A stretch of DNA of 64,000 nt from an uncultured Planctomycetaceae bacterium (GCA_963833985.1 CAWIAD010000001.1:32001-96000), one strand, 5' to 3'; shown: positions 10,397 to 21,314, counted from the first letter of the stretch. Made by a program: numbers and translations. Notes: a model not told the origin generated them from the sequence alone.

Positions 10397-13189
10397 TCAC
10401 TCCTGCGGCTGCACTGCGGCTTGCAGCAGCGCCGCCATGCCCTCGAAGAGCGCGCTGAGGCTTGATGCGGCCTCGGCGGGCGCCTCGATCACGACGCGCC
10501 CGTTCGACTCGCGGCGGACCTGAAGCTGCGAGAAGAGCTGCCGCACCTCACCCGTGCCTGGCAAGGCGGCCAGCGCACGGCCCGTGGCATCGGGCTCGGC
10601 GGGCGGTTGGGCCGTGGCTCCTTGCGGAGTCGTGGCTCCTTGCGGAATCGTGGCTCCTTGCGGAGTCGCGGCAATTGCCGGAGCCGGGGCGGGCAGCACC
10701 ATCGGAGCGAGCACGGGTTCGGCGGGGCGTTCCGCCTCGGGTTCCACGCGGTCCTGCGACTCGTCGCCGGCCTCGATCACCTCTTCGAACGGGTCTGCCA
10801 CCTCGTCATCCAGGCCCGCGTCGGCCAGCTCGATCATCTCGATCGCCTCGCTACCGCCCGAAGGGGCTGCCGCGGCAAGGGTGGCGGGGTCGTACAGCTT
10901 CCTCACCCGCGACAGGAATGACCCGGATTGCTCGAACTTCACGCTATCACTCTCGCCGTCGAAGAGGCCCTTGAAGAAGGCCTGCTTGTTGCCCACCAGA
11001 TCGGCGATCCGCGATTCGATGCCTTCCTCGCAGACCAGGTTGTAGACGTCGATCGGCTGCTTCTGGCCCAGCCGGTAGATGCGGCCGATGCGCTGCTCCA
11101 GCACCGCCGGGTTCCAGGGCAGCTCGAGATTGACCACGCAGTTGGCGGCGCGTTGCAGGTTCAGTCCCACGCCGCCCGCATCGCTGGCGAAGAGGATCGA
11201 GAACTGAGGATCGTCGTGGAACTCGACGATGTTCTGCGTGCGCCGCTTCTGGCTTTCGGCACCGGTGAAGAACCCGCCGCGCAGCCCGCGTTCGTTGAGC
11301 AGGTCGCTGACCGCCCAGTGGGCCAGGTGCAACATGCGCCGCCACTGGCTGAAGATGACGATCTTCCGCCCCTGGTCCACAGCCACCTGGCGCACGATCT
11401 GGCGCAGCTCCAGCAGCTTGGGCGCGGAGAGGCCCCTGAGCACGCTCTCGTCGGGCGGGCAGCCGCGCAGCGAGGGCCAGACGTGCTCGAATTGAAGCTG
11501 CGCCAGTCCGTTGGAGATGATCCGCTGGGTGGTCAGCAGGCTCATCAGGCGGAGGAACTCGGCCTGGGTGAGCGGCCGCAACTCGGCGAGTCGCATGAGG
11601 GCGGCGATCGGCTGGATGAGCGCGTCATGCTCTTCACGCTGGGCCTCGGTGAACTCCACCGGCACACGGATGTCCGTGCGGGGTGGAAGCTGATCGAGCA
11701 CCTCCTGGCGCACCCGCCGCACCATGCAAGGCGCCAGCCGCACGCGCAGCGTGTCCAGGTGCCGCACCCCCGTGATTTCCTTGCGGCCGTCACTGCGCAT
11801 CGCATGCAGTGCCGGCAGCCGCCACTTCGGCTCCAGGGCCATCTCGTCGACCCACTCCACGATCGACGCCAGCTCCTCGATCCGGTTCTCCATCGGCGTG
11901 CCGGTGAGCACCAGGCGGTAAGGAGGGTTCAGCCGCTTCACCGAGAGCGCTGTCTTGGTGGCCCAGTTCTTGATTCGCTGGGCTTCGTCCAGCACCACCA
12001 GGTCTGGCTTCCAGGCGCGGACGGTCTCCAGGTCGCGCAGGAGCTGCTCGTAGTTGATGATGAAGAGTCCTTCTCTGGACGTGTTGTAAACGTTCTGCCG
12101 GTCTCCGGGAGACCCGTCGATGACCCGGATCGGCAGCTCGGAAAAATGCGCCCATTCACGGGCCCACTGCGGTTTCAGCGACGCCGGGGCGATGATCAGC
12201 CCCCTGCGCACCCTGCCGGTGCGCCAGAGGATATCGCATGCGACGATGGCCTGGGCGGTCTTGCCCAGCCCCATGTCATCGGCCAGCAGGAGCTGACCGG
12301 TCTCCAGGAACCGTTTGACTCCTTCGCGCTGATACGGATAAAGCGGTGTCTTCAGCCCCTTGAGCACCGCCTTCTGCTCCGACGGCCAGAGCGTCTTCTC
12401 CACCAGCCGCCTGAGCCTGTCGCGCTCGTGAACCAGCAGGGCGCGCAGGGCAGGGTCGTGCCGCAGGCTGGACGACCGGCCGGGAACCACTTTGAGCAAG
12501 GCTTCGACCATCGCCAGCCGGCGATCCGGCTGGTCCGGGAAGGTCTTCTTGAGCGTCATCGTCCCGTTTTGCACCGGCCGGAACCATGTCAGCGCCTCCG
12601 CGGCCTTCGTGTTCTGCCTCTCCTGGCCGTCGCCGTCCAGCCAGGCAACCCGCTCAAGCCAGTCGCCCCGCCCCAGCAAGGGGCGAACCGGATCCCAGGC
12701 CGGCCCGCGAAAGGTGGTCTGCGCCAGATGAGCCTGCTCCCGCAACGCCCGCTTGAGCAGCGCGGGCTTGCCGTGCACGTGTTCCAGCACCACGAGGATG
12801 TGCTTGCAGAGAGCCAGCGAGTTTCTCAGGTAGTCCGGGCAATCACAACGGCCCTGGATCGGATCAACGCCCAGGACGATCGTGCGATACGGACGCGCCT
12901 CCGAGCCCCTGCGCCGGGTGCCGTAGTGGCCCAGGAGCTTGCCGTTCTCTGGCCGGCTGTCAATGCGCAGCTCATCCTTGCGGCCGGATTCCAGCCTGCG
13001 CAACAGAGCGTCCATGGCCTCGACGCGCACGGGCCACTCGTGCGCGGGCACGATCTGCATCACATGCCGCGCGAGGACCTCAGCCGGAATATTCGAGGCG
13101 TTGCGGCCCACCCGGCCCACCAGGGTGGCGAAGGCCTCGGTCTCTTCGAGAGGGATGGTGGAAGCGGAAGCGGTTGTCGCGGTGCTCAT
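10397..13189 (-). CDS. SNF2-family helicase with N-terminal SWIM zinc finger
   Basis: SWIM CDCPD...CKH, Walker A LADDMGLGKT, DEAQ, LTGTPMEN, GGVGLNLQ, QRIGRIYRLGQ. Confidence 0.92.
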   Translation of the reverse strand: MSTATTASASTIPLEETEAFATLVGRVGRNASNIPAEVLARHVMQIVPAHEWPVRVEAMDALLRRLESGRKDELRIDSRPENGKLLGHYGTRRRGSEARPYRTIVLGVDPIQGRCDCPDYLRNSLALCKHILVVLEHVHGKPALLKRALREQAHLAQTTFRGPAWDPVRPLLGRGDWLERVAWLDGDGQERQNTKAAEALTWFRPVQNGTMTLKKTFPDQPDRRLAMVEALLKVVPGRSSSLRHDPALRALLVHERDRLRRLVEKTLWPSEQKAVLKGLKTPLYPYQREGVKRFLETGQLLLADDMGLGKTAQAIVACDILWRTGRVRRGLIIAPASLKPQWAREWAHFSELPIRVIDGSPGDRQNVYNTSREGLFIINYEQLLRDLETVRAWKPDLVVLDEAQRIKNWATKTALSVKRLNPPYRLVLTGTPMENRIEELASIVEWVDEMALEPKWRLPALHAMRSDGRKEITGVRHLDTLRVRLAPCMVRRVRQEVLDQLPPRTDIRVPVEFTEAQREEHDALIQPIAALMRLAELRPLTQAEFLRLMSLLTTQRIISNGLAQLQFEHVWPSLRGCPPDESVLRGLSAPKLLELRQIVRQVAVDQGRKIVIFSQWRRMLHLAHWAVSDLLNERGLRGGFFTGAESQKRRTQNIVEFHDDPQFSILFASDAGGVGLNLQRAANCVVNLELPWNPAVLEQRIGRIYRLGQKQPIDVYNLVCEEGIESRIADLVGNKQAFFKGLFDGESDSVKFEQSGSFLSRVRKLYDPATLAAAAPSGGSEAIEMIELADAGLDDEVADPFEEVIEAGDESQDRVEPEAERPAEPVLAPMVLPAPAPAIAATPQGATIPQGATTPQGATAQPPAEPDATGRALAALPGTGEVRQLFSQLQVRRESNGRVVIEAPAEAASSLSALFEGMAALLQAAVQPQE
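10613..10666. repeat. 18-bp tandem repeat x3 in the helicase C-terminal linker
   Basis: CGTGGCTCCTTGCGGAGT / CGTGGCTCCTTGCGGAAT / CGTGGCTCCTTGCGGAGT; encodes (T/I)PQGAT units. Confidence 0.85.
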
Positions 13190-13276
13190 GTCGGGCCTCG
13201 TACAGTCCATGCACAAAGGGTCTACACACGGGTCCGTATTCTGCACGAATTCGCAATCGAATTCCACAACCTGGTG

Positions 13277-14038
13277 GTATCCGTTCACCGGGTGGGGCAG
13301 CTGGAATCAGGCAGCTTGTAGGGGACCTCCAGCACCCCGGAGGATTGACGCCCCAGCTTGGAAATCATCCCGGTGGAGATCGGGAGGCCGAACAGGTCCT
13401 TGATCAACTGCTGAACCCGCCGTTTGCTGAGGCGGTAGGCACCGGCCAGCGTCGAGCGGAGAGCCTGGAGATAAGGACCGAAGTTACCGGTCGGGACCCC
13501 GCGGGGCACGACGCCGCAGGTTGTCACTCCGCGGTCCGGGCACTACAGCCGATGCAGCCGGTATTCATCGACGACCGGCTCGATCCTGGGCAGTTCGGCG
13601 ACCTGATGAATCAGGGGATTGGGATCAACACCGTGCAGAGCACCGCCGCACCGTCGGCAAGCATTGGGAGTGCAGTCGCGACGGGATCGGAGCTTCCCGT
13701 GGGGAACCAAACAACGGAAGGCCTTGCGATGGCCGATTTGCCCGCCCCGTTTCCGCCGACCGGGAGGAGTGGGAGGATTGCGTTTCAGACCGATGGGATC
13801 GGAAGAAGAGGGCCTGGAGAGTTGGTGGAATTGAGCTTGAGCCGGGCTTCCAGATCTCTGATGCGGCGTTCCAGTTCGGCGATACGGTCTCGGTCGGCCG
13901 CGAACGCAACCAGCAAAGCAGCCTGGGCGTCCTTCGGGAGAGTGCTCCAGAGTGATGCTGCGAGGGGAAGGTGAATGAACATGATTCGCTACTACGATGT
14001 TACTGTACAAAGGGTTTGGTCGGAGTGTGAACGCGTAC
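13277..14038 (-). mobile_element. Internally deleted IS66-family element with both terminal inverted repeats
   Basis: Ends GTATCCGTTCAC (13277-13288) and GTGAACGCGTAC (14027-14038) are imperfect inverted repeats enclosing transposase fragments. Confidence 0.75.
13285..13982 (-). pseudogene. IS66 transposase (TnpC-like) remnant
   Basis: Coiled coil IAELERRIRDLEARLKLNSTNS, then SSDP...GGQIGH, CRRCG zinc finger, HQVAELP...EYRLHRL, FGPYLQA...LSKRRVQ. Frameshift, in-frame stop, and no catalytic domain. Confidence 0.88.
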
Positions 14039-14149
14039 AATTGACGGGAAGACTTCGGCCCTTCAATATCATGCGTGCGCGTGGCAGAATCGGAAGCTCG
14101 GAAAGAATGCAGTGACGGTTCTCGTCTCAAGGGTGAAGTGAGGTGCGTC

Positions 14150-15367
14150 GTGGCGGTCGGACGTGTCGTCATCGTCGGCGCGGGGCCTGCCGGGGCGGCT
14201 CTCGCCTACCTGCTCGCCCGCCGCGGGGTGGAGGTTTCGCTGGTGGAGCGGCACCCCGACTTTCAGCGGACCTTTCGCGGGGATGGATTGCAGCCTAGCG
14301 GCCTTGACGCCTTCGACCAGATGGGGCTCGGGGACCGGCTCCGCCAGCTCCCGCGGGCGATCATAAACACGATCGACGTCTACCAGGGGGGTCGGCCGCG
14401 GGCCCGGCTCGCGACCGCGTCGCTGGGCTTCATCGGTTGCTTCATCCCTCAGCCGGCGGTCCTCGCAATGCTCGCCGATGAGTCTCGCAAGTACCCGTCC
14501 TTCGAGCTCCACATGGGAACGGCGGTCCGGGACCTGCTCCGGTCGGGGGACCGCGTGGTCGGGGTTCGGGCCGATGGCCCGGACGGGCCTCGTGAGTTCG
14601 CGGCGGACCTTGTCATCGGTACCGACGGCCGCTATTCGACGGTCCGCAAACGGGGGGCGTTCACCGAACTGCCGTCCCCGCAGCATTTCGACATCCTGAA
14701 CTTCATTGTTCCCTTTCCCGACTTCTGGCCCGACCGCACAACCGTGCGGCTGGAACTGGGCCCGGGCTGCATCACGGGCGGGATACCTACGGCCGACGGG
14801 CGGCTGTGGGTCGGGATGACCATCCAGAAGGGGCAATACAAGGCGCTCCACGCCGCTGGGGCGGATGGGCTCACCGAGGAGTTGTTACACCGCACCTCGC
14901 CTGACCTGGCGGCGCACCTGCGCGAGAACGCCGAATCGCTTAAACACCCGGTGCTGTTGGATGTCATCGTCGGCCGGCTGGAGACCTGGACGACCCCCGG
15001 CCTACTGCTCCTTGGGGATGCGGCCCACCCGATGTCGCCCAACGGGGGTCAAGGAATCAACGTGGCTTTGCGGGATGCCCTGGTCGCCGCGAATCATCTA
15101 TGCCCGGTGCTCGCATCCGTAAACGACGCCGCAGCAATCAACGCCGCAGCCCGCAGGGTCGCATCGGAGCGGACGCCGGAAATCGTCGCCATTCAGGAGC
15201 ATCAGCGTAAACAGACGCAGACCTTCCTTGGGTCGGACCGCTTCTTGCCACGGCTAGCGATGTGGAGCCTCCCCCTACTCGCGAGAAGCGGCCTGGTCCA
15301 GCTTCTGATCGGGAAGAGGCTACGGGCCTTGCAGCATGGCGTCGTGCCCGTTCAATTGACGGCCTGA
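14150..15367 (+). CDS. FAD-dependent monooxygenase/oxidoreductase
   Basis: IVGAGPAG, DGRYSTVR, GDAAHPMSPNGGQGINVALRD; GTG start after GAGGTG. Confidence 0.92.
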   Translation: MAVGRVVIVGAGPAGAALAYLLARRGVEVSLVERHPDFQRTFRGDGLQPSGLDAFDQMGLGDRLRQLPRAIINTIDVYQGGRPRARLATASLGFIGCFIPQPAVLAMLADESRKYPSFELHMGTAVRDLLRSGDRVVGVRADGPDGPREFAADLVIGTDGRYSTVRKRGAFTELPSPQHFDILNFIVPFPDFWPDRTTVRLELGPGCITGGIPTADGRLWVGMTIQKGQYKALHAAGADGLTEELLHRTSPDLAAHLRENAESLKHPVLLDVIVGRLETWTTPGLLLLGDAAHPMSPNGGQGINVALRDALVAANHLCPVLASVNDAAAINAAARRVASERTPEIVAIQEHQRKQTQTFLGSDRFLPRLAMWSLPLLARSGLVQLLIGKRLRALQHGVVPVQLTA

Positions 15368-15591
15368 GACGGGGGTGCCTCGTCGGATTGTCGAGGGCAG
15401 CCGGATTACAAGCCGACGGAGTTCAAGAGCTGGGCCGAAGGAGCCGCTGCTGAAGTGGGCCGTTCCGGTGCTGCGCATTGGTATGGTTGCCCGACGCGCC
15501 TTCAGAGCATGCTCGCAGCTCGACTCAATTTTGCACGTTTGTCACCCATCGACTTGTGAGCGGGTACACCCGGTGCCCAGGCCTGCGAATA

Positions 15592-16014
15592 TCAGAGAGT
15601 GAGGATGTGAGCCGCCATCGCCAGCCCCACGAGCGCCAGGATCGCCGCCATGACCAGCGGTGCCTTCGCGCCCATCGACGGGTTCGCCACGCCGCTCTCG
15701 AGCGCCCGAACATACGCGCGGTACCGCAGCGCCGAGACCAGGCACACGATCACGCCCAGGCAGACCATGGCGAATCCGAGCCAGGGTGAAATCCTCGGCC
15801 GGGCCACCATCTCCTGCGACTGGACCACGACCTCGGTCTCACGGATCAGCAGCCCGAACCGGGCGATCAGGAAGCCGAAACCCATCATGGCCAGCGAGGT
15901 CCGGACCCACGCCAGGAACGTCCGCTCGGCCGCCAGGTAGACCCGCGGATCCGCCACCCGCCCGGGCACCGGTCGCGAGGGCCGCATGGCATTCTCGTTC
16001 TCTGAAGCGTTCAT
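15592..16014 (-). CDS. YidH/DUF202 family membrane protein
   Basis: DPRVYLAAERTFLAWVRT motif and three hydrophobic segments. Confidence 0.92.
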   Translation of the reverse strand: MNASENENAMRPSRPVPGRVADPRVYLAAERTFLAWVRTSLAMMGFGFLIARFGLLIRETEVVVQSQEMVARPRISPWLGFAMVCLGVIVCLVSALRYRAYVRALESGVANPSMGAKAPLVMAAILALVGLAMAAHILTL

Positions 16015-16140
16015 GATCCATCTGCCCAGATGCCGCCGAGGTCTTCAGCCCGCCGTGTGCCAGAGGCTAGTCTTGCACGCCGCGACCGGCTACAACACGG
16101 CTCAGCTTCGCGTTCTTCCACGTGGAACGCCATCGTATCC

Positions 16141-17294
16141 ATGGAGCCCTTTTCCGTGAATCCACCATCGCTCGCACGCCCTGGCACCGCGACTCTGGCG
16201 TTTGCCTGCTGGCTGGCACTGGGACCGCTGGCATCGGCCGGCGAAACTCTGCGCTGGAACGAGATCCAGGTGATCGGCACGCACAACTCGTACCACCTGG
16301 CACCGCTGCCGGCCGTGCGGGCGCTGATCGCGGCTGCCGGCGAGGCGCAGGCCCAGTCACTCGACTACACGCACCTTCCACTGGCCGAGCAATTCTCGGT
16401 CCAGGGAGTCCGGCAGATCGAGCTCGACATCTTCCACGACCCCGACGGCGGCCGATACGCCCGGCCGGCCGCAAGGAAGATCCTCTCCGCGTCGGGCCGC
16501 GACGCCGGTCCCGATCCCGCCCTGGACGGTGTGCTGGATCGCCCGGGCATGAAGGTCCTGCATGTTCCGGACGTCGACTACCGGACCACCGCGGCCACGC
16601 TCGCCGACGCGCTGAAGCAGGTGCGAGCCTGGTCCCGCGATCATCCCCGGCACGTGCCCATCATGATCTTGCTGGAGCTCAAGGAGAGCGCCATTCCCAC
16701 ACTACCCACCCGGCCTCTGCCATTCGACCGCAAGGCGCTCGAGGCGCTGGAGGCGGAAATCCTCGCCGTTTTCCCGCGGGGCGCGATCATCACTCCGGAA
16801 GAGATCCGGGCGCCTTGCCGACCCTGGCCGAGGCCGTCCGGACGCGCGGCTGGCCCCCACTGGACTCCGTGCGCGGGCGGGTCATGTTCGCACTCGACAA
16901 TGAAGACGAGATCCGCGATCGCTACCTGCAAATCCATCCGGATGGGCAAGGTCAGCTCTGCTTCCCCAGCGTCGCCGAATCGCACCCGCAAGCGGCCTGG
17001 TTCAAGATCAATGACCCGGTGCGCGATTTCGACCGGATTCGCCGGCTGGTCGCCGCGGGCTACCTGGTGCGCACTCGGGCCGACGCCGACACGGACCAGG
17101 CGCGCACCAATGACACGACCCAGCGTGACAGGGCTCTCTCCAGCGGGGCCCAGTTCGTCAGCACGGACTATCCGCGTCCCGATCAGCGGCTCTCGGCTTA
17201 CTGCGTGCAATTCCCCGACCACGTCGTGGCGCGTCCCAACCCGGTCAACGGAAAAAAGTCGGGGACCCCGAGCGATCTGGATCAAGGCCGGTGA
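16141..17294 (+). CDS. Secreted phosphoinositide phospholipase C-like phosphodiesterase (frameshift ~16810)
   Basis: Signal-like N-terminus, GTHNSYH, GVRQIELD, HVPIMILLELK. Continues in another frame as GWPPLDSVRGRVMFALD...GYLVRTRADAD...SGAQFVSTDYP. Confidence 0.82.
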
Positions 17295-17312
17295 AACCTC
17301 GGCATGCGCGCT

Positions 17313-18584
17313 TCAGCGCCGCGTGCTGCGCGGCCGGCGCAGGTCGACAACCCGGGTCAACTGGTCGATCGCCGTCTGGCAGGCCGCCTCGGCGTTCGGA
17401 CCCGCCTGGTTGGTCACGGCCATGACCAGGAAGTCCCGGGCGGGAACGATCCAGATGGAAGCGTACCAGTACGTGTTGCTGCCGTTGTGGCTGAGAATCT
17501 TGCCGCCGGACCATGGCCGCTGGCCGACCGTCCAGCCGCCCGCGTAGTCGAACCCCGGCGGCGGCGTGTGCAACGTGCGGAACGTGGCCGGCTTGAGCAG
17601 GCGGCCCTTGCCCTGGGCTCCGCGGAGGTGCAGGCTGGCGAACTTTCCCCAGTCCGGGACCGAGCAGTGCACGGTTCCCGCCGGTCCCATGCACGGGGCA
17701 TTGTCGCGGAGCACCGGCACGAGCTTTCCCCCCGTCTCGCGGTGGCCCCAGGGCTGTTCGATGCGCCCTCGGGCTGCGCCACCGGGAGGGCCAAAGCCGG
17801 CCGAGCTCATGCCCAGGGGCTCGAACAGACGATCCTGCATGAGATCTTCCCAGGGCTGGCCGGAAACCTGTTCGGCCATCAAGCCGGCCAGGACGTAGCC
17901 CGCGTTGGAATAGGCGTACACCGTTCCGGGACGTGAGAGCGGAGGCTTGCAAAGCAGCTCGAGCAATGCCGCCCTGCGCTGGTCGGTCGTGGTCTGGCCG
18001 GGGAGCCGCCACCAGGACGCGTCGTGCGGCAGCCCCGCGCGGTGCGTCAAGAGTTGTGCCAGCGTGACGGCCTGGAAATCGGGATGAAGCTGCGAGGCCA
18101 CTTCCGGGAACACAGCGTGAACCGTCGACGACCATTCCAGCAGCCCGTCATCGACGAGCATGCCGCAGAGTGTTGCCGTCATGGCCTTCGTGCACGAGCC
18201 CAGATGCACCTGGTCATCAATCTTCATCGGTTGCGCGGAGCCGAGCTTGCGCACGCCCGCCGCGGCGATGTTCGTCAACCGATCACCCCGTACGATGGCT
18301 CCGATGATGCCCGGCAGGTGCTGGGCGTCACGGATCTGTTCAAGCAAGTGGGCCAGTTGCGGGTCTTGCTGGAGTGCCGGCGTGGCGGACCCCGGCGCGC
18401 CGGGCGTTGTGCTGCGGTTCTTCGGCAGCGCGGGCCTGCGGACTGTGCGGCTGGACGCCGAAGCTTTGCCGGCGGGGCCGGTCTGCCCTCGGGCCTGGTG
18501 CAAAAACGGAGCGGCCTGGCATGCCCCCCACGCGGCCAGGGCCCGCGTGATCTCCCTCCCCATCCAGTCTCTGCGCCCGATCAT
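17313..18584 (-). CDS. Serine hydrolase, beta-lactamase/class C-like family
   Basis: SCTK (SxxK), LLTHRAGL, YSN, HNGSN motifs. Start is uncertain. Confidence 0.88.
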   Translation of the reverse strand: MIGRRDWMGREITRALAAWGACQAAPFLHQARGQTGPAGKASASSRTVRRPALPKNRSTTPGAPGSATPALQQDPQLAHLLEQIRDAQHLPGIIGAIVRGDRLTNIAAAGVRKLGSAQPMKIDDQVHLGSCTKAMTATLCGMLVDDGLLEWSSTVHAVFPEVASQLHPDFQAVTLAQLLTHRAGLPHDASWWRLPGQTTTDQRRAALLELLCKPPLSRPGTVYAYSNAGYVLAGLMAEQVSGQPWEDLMQDRLFEPLGMSSAGFGPPGGAARGRIEQPWGHRETGGKLVPVLRDNAPCMGPAGTVHCSVPDWGKFASLHLRGAQGKGRLLKPATFRTLHTPPPGFDYAGGWTVGQRPWSGGKILSHNGSNTYWYASIWIVPARDFLVMAVTNQAGPNAEAACQTAIDQLTRVVDLRRPRSTRR

Positions 18585-18844
18585 CGCCGCCTCCGCCTGG
18601 CTCGCTCGCTCGCCGCTGTCTCTCTGCGTCACTCCATTATCGAGCATAGACCAGCTCATCGGGCAGGTGCAACCAGTGCCGGCTCGTACTGGCTCTCGCA
18701 TCGTGCGGTCTGGTGAAGCTGTACGGGCCAGGCTCAGGAAGGGCAGCCATAGGAGAATCGGCCGGTTGCATATTCGGATGCCATGAGCGGACACCCCTGG
18801 GCCTGCGGGGATTGCCTGTTCTTCAACGGTCGTTTCCTTCCCCG

Positions 18845-19516
18845 TCATGAAAAAAGCGCGAGCCCGCGCAGGCTGATAAGAAGCAAGTGGATGAGCATGC
18901 ACAGTATTCCGGTCAAGGCTGCCAGAACGCCGCCAGCCATGAGCCGAACCGGGAAGAGTCCGAGTCGGACGTGGACCGGGAAGACGTGGGTCTTCTCGAT
19001 GGCGGCCCACTTGTGGACGTCGGCGCGGTCCGCCGCCAGGTCGGCGCAGAGGCTGAGCAGGTCGCGACGGCTGCGGTACCGGACGAGGGCGATGCAGTCC
19101 CACTCCTCGGCGCCGTCAGGGGTAAGGAACCGGCCGGCCCATCGTCCCAGGAAGATGGGGACGCAGCCGCGCTTGAGCAGCCGCGGGACGACGGCGCGGT
19201 TGTACAGGGCGTCGGCCGCGCGCGGGTCATCGCCGTAATCCCAGGAGGGCGGGTAGACGGCCTTCGTGCGGAACCGGATCAGGTTCACCATCACGAACTC
19301 CCGGCCGTCGTCGTCCTTGACGGCCGTGCGGAGTGCGTCGAGGAAGTCCTGGTCGATGGGTGCACCCTGACCCTGCGCGTTCCGCTGCACGTGCTCCACA
19401 ACCGCGTCCGTCTCGGCGGAGGTCAACGGCCGGCCTCGGCCGCCATACCAGACCAGGAACACGACAAAGGCCAGCGTGAACGCCACGAGACCAGCAAACG
19501 GCAGCGAGAAAAACAC
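18845..19516 (-). CDS. Membrane-anchored DUF1330-like protein
   Basis: Terminal hydrophobic helices around VMVNLIRFR...EWDCIALVRYRSRRD. GTG start inferred. Confidence 0.6.
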   Translation of the reverse strand: MFFSLPFAGLVAFTLAFVVFLVWYGGRGRPLTSAETDAVVEHVQRNAQGQGAPIDQDFLDALRTAVKDDDGREFVMVNLIRFRTKAVYPPSWDYGDDPRAADALYNRAVVPRLLKRGCVPIFLGRWAGRFLTPDGAEEWDCIALVRYRSRRDLLSLCADLAADRADVHKWAAIEKTHVFPVHVRLGLFPVRLMAGGVLAALTGILCMLIHLLLISLRGLALFS

Positions 19517-19664
19517 CTGGACGGCTCCCTGAAGAGGCGCGGCGTGGGCTGACGCCGTGCGCGGTGGCCGGCAAGGCTTGACTCCTGCCCTACAACTTGT
19601 ATATGCATGTAACTGGCGCCGGTCAAGTGACCCGGCGGGGTAACATCGTTCGAGGAGCAGGGCC

Positions 19665-20423
19665 ATGGGAAATTCGGACAGGGTCGCGTTCATCACCGGG
19701 GCGAACAAGGGGATCGGCCTGGAGACGGCACGGGGGCTCGGGGCCCTGGGCATCGCGGTGGTACTCGCCAGCCGCGACGAGGCAAACGGTCGGGCCGCGG
19801 CCGACCTGTTGAAAGCAGAAGGAATTGCCCAGGTCGAGCCTGTCCGGTTCGACGTCACGCAGCCGGCGGACCACAAGGCGATCGCCCGGTTCCTGGAGGA
19901 CCGTTACGGCAAGCTCGACATCCTGGTGAACAACGCGGGGGTGGCACTCGAGGACGCCGACTTCGGTGCGCCTGGGGGCTTCAACACGACGCCCACGGTC
20001 AAGCCCGAGATCCTGCGCCAGGTCTTCGAGACCAATTTCTTTGCCGTCGTGGAGCTGACGCAGACGCTGCTGCCGCTGATCCGCAAGGCGCCGGCCGGCC
20101 GGATCGTCAACCTGTCGAGCATACTCGGCTCGCTCACGCTGCATTCGGACCCGTCCTCGGGCATCTACGACAAGAAGGCATTTGCCTATGACGCCTCGAA
20201 GACAGCGCTCAACGCGTTCACGGTGCACCTTGCTCAGGCGCTCCGATCGACGCCGATCAAGGTGAACTCGGCTCACCCCGGCTGGGTGAAGACGGACATG
20301 GGCGGCGAGTCGGCCCCGATGGAACTCTCGGAAGGCGGTAAGACCAGTGTGCAACTGGCAACCTTGCCGGCAGGCGGCCCCACCGGCGGCTACTTCCATC
20401 TCGGCGAGCCCCTGCCCTGGTGA
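19665..20423 (+). CDS. Short-chain dehydrogenase/reductase (carbonyl reductase-like)
   Basis: TGANKGIG, NNAG, YDASK, HPGWVKTDM. Confidence 0.95.
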   Translation: MGNSDRVAFITGANKGIGLETARGLGALGIAVVLASRDEANGRAAADLLKAEGIAQVEPVRFDVTQPADHKAIARFLEDRYGKLDILVNNAGVALEDADFGAPGGFNTTPTVKPEILRQVFETNFFAVVELTQTLLPLIRKAPAGRIVNLSSILGSLTLHSDPSSGIYDKKAFAYDASKTALNAFTVHLAQALRSTPIKVNSAHPGWVKTDMGGESAPMELSEGGKTSVQLATLPAGGPTGGYFHLGEPLPW

Positions 20424-20468
20424 TTCGTGTTGCAGCCGACTCATCGCACTATCCATCAAGAGGCAATC

Positions 20469-20951
20469 ATGAACACAGGCAGCCTGGTCGAATCCTACCT
20501 ATCGGGGCCCGAGGACCTGCGCGCAGCCGTCGCCGGCATGACCCGCGAGCAAGTCGTCGCGCGGCCGATTCCCGGCAAGTGGAGCGTGCTCGAAGTTGTC
20601 TGTCACCTCGCCGATACGGACGCCAACATCGCGCATCGACTGAAGCGGGTGCTGTCGGAGGATCGTCCCGCGTTCGAGCGCGTTCAGCCCGAGATGATGC
20701 GCGCCGCCCTCGCGTACCACTCCCGCGACCTTGACGAAGAGCTGGCGTGCTTCGAGTCTGGCCGTCGGCAGCTCGCTCGCATCCTGAACGCGTCCCTGCC
20801 GGAGGCCTGGGACCGGATCGGGATCGTGGGCGATCGAGGCGACAAGACCGTTGCCCAGATGGTGAACGGGGCGATCGAGCACCTGGCGCATCACCTCCCC
20901 TTCATCGTCGCCAAGCGGCAAGCCCTGCGGATGACCGAAGTCCATCCATGA
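20469..20951 (+). CDS. DinB family protein
   Basis: GKWSVLEVVCHLAD and C-terminal HLAHH metal-binding histidines. Confidence 0.88.
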   Translation: MNTGSLVESYLSGPEDLRAAVAGMTREQVVARPIPGKWSVLEVVCHLADTDANIAHRLKRVLSEDRPAFERVQPEMMRAALAYHSRDLDEELACFESGRRQLARILNASLPEAWDRIGIVGDRGDKTVAQMVNGAIEHLAHHLPFIVAKRQALRMTEVHP

Positions 20952-21314
20952 CATCGATTCGTGGCGTCGTTCGAGCTGCTCTTGCTCATGGCTCCGGATC
21001 GTCGAACATCTCGAGGTCCCGCGAATGGTGGAAATGTTGACCGGCGTGGAGTTCCACGGCCCCCCGGACGATTTCGACGCTGATCTTCGGAGTGGGCGCA
21101 GCGCATCCAGCGACCTGCTGGAGGATCGTCGCGGGCACGTTCAGGGCGGTTTTCTGACCGTCGCAGGCAGTTTCCGAGTTTTGAAAGGGGGGGCAGTCTG
21201 CGATCCGAGTGAAAACCACTCTGGAATGGCTGCCGACCGAGGGGGCTTCCAGTCGCTTCGTCTGCCACGGCCGTTGTTCGTACGGTCTCCAGTCCACCTT
21301 TCGCGGAGAGGACC

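Noticed and set aside
10928..13321. Long antisense ORFs (797 aa here; also 1994-3934, 32613-34172, 36012-37931, 8860-10233)
   Set aside because: They are shadows of well-supported genes on the opposite strand, expected in high-GC DNA, and carry no recognisable motifs.
20952..21314. Short ORFs between the DinB and CE15 genes (also 41034-41690 and 54221-54700)
   Set aside because: No recognisable motifs or convincing starts; treated as intergenic.
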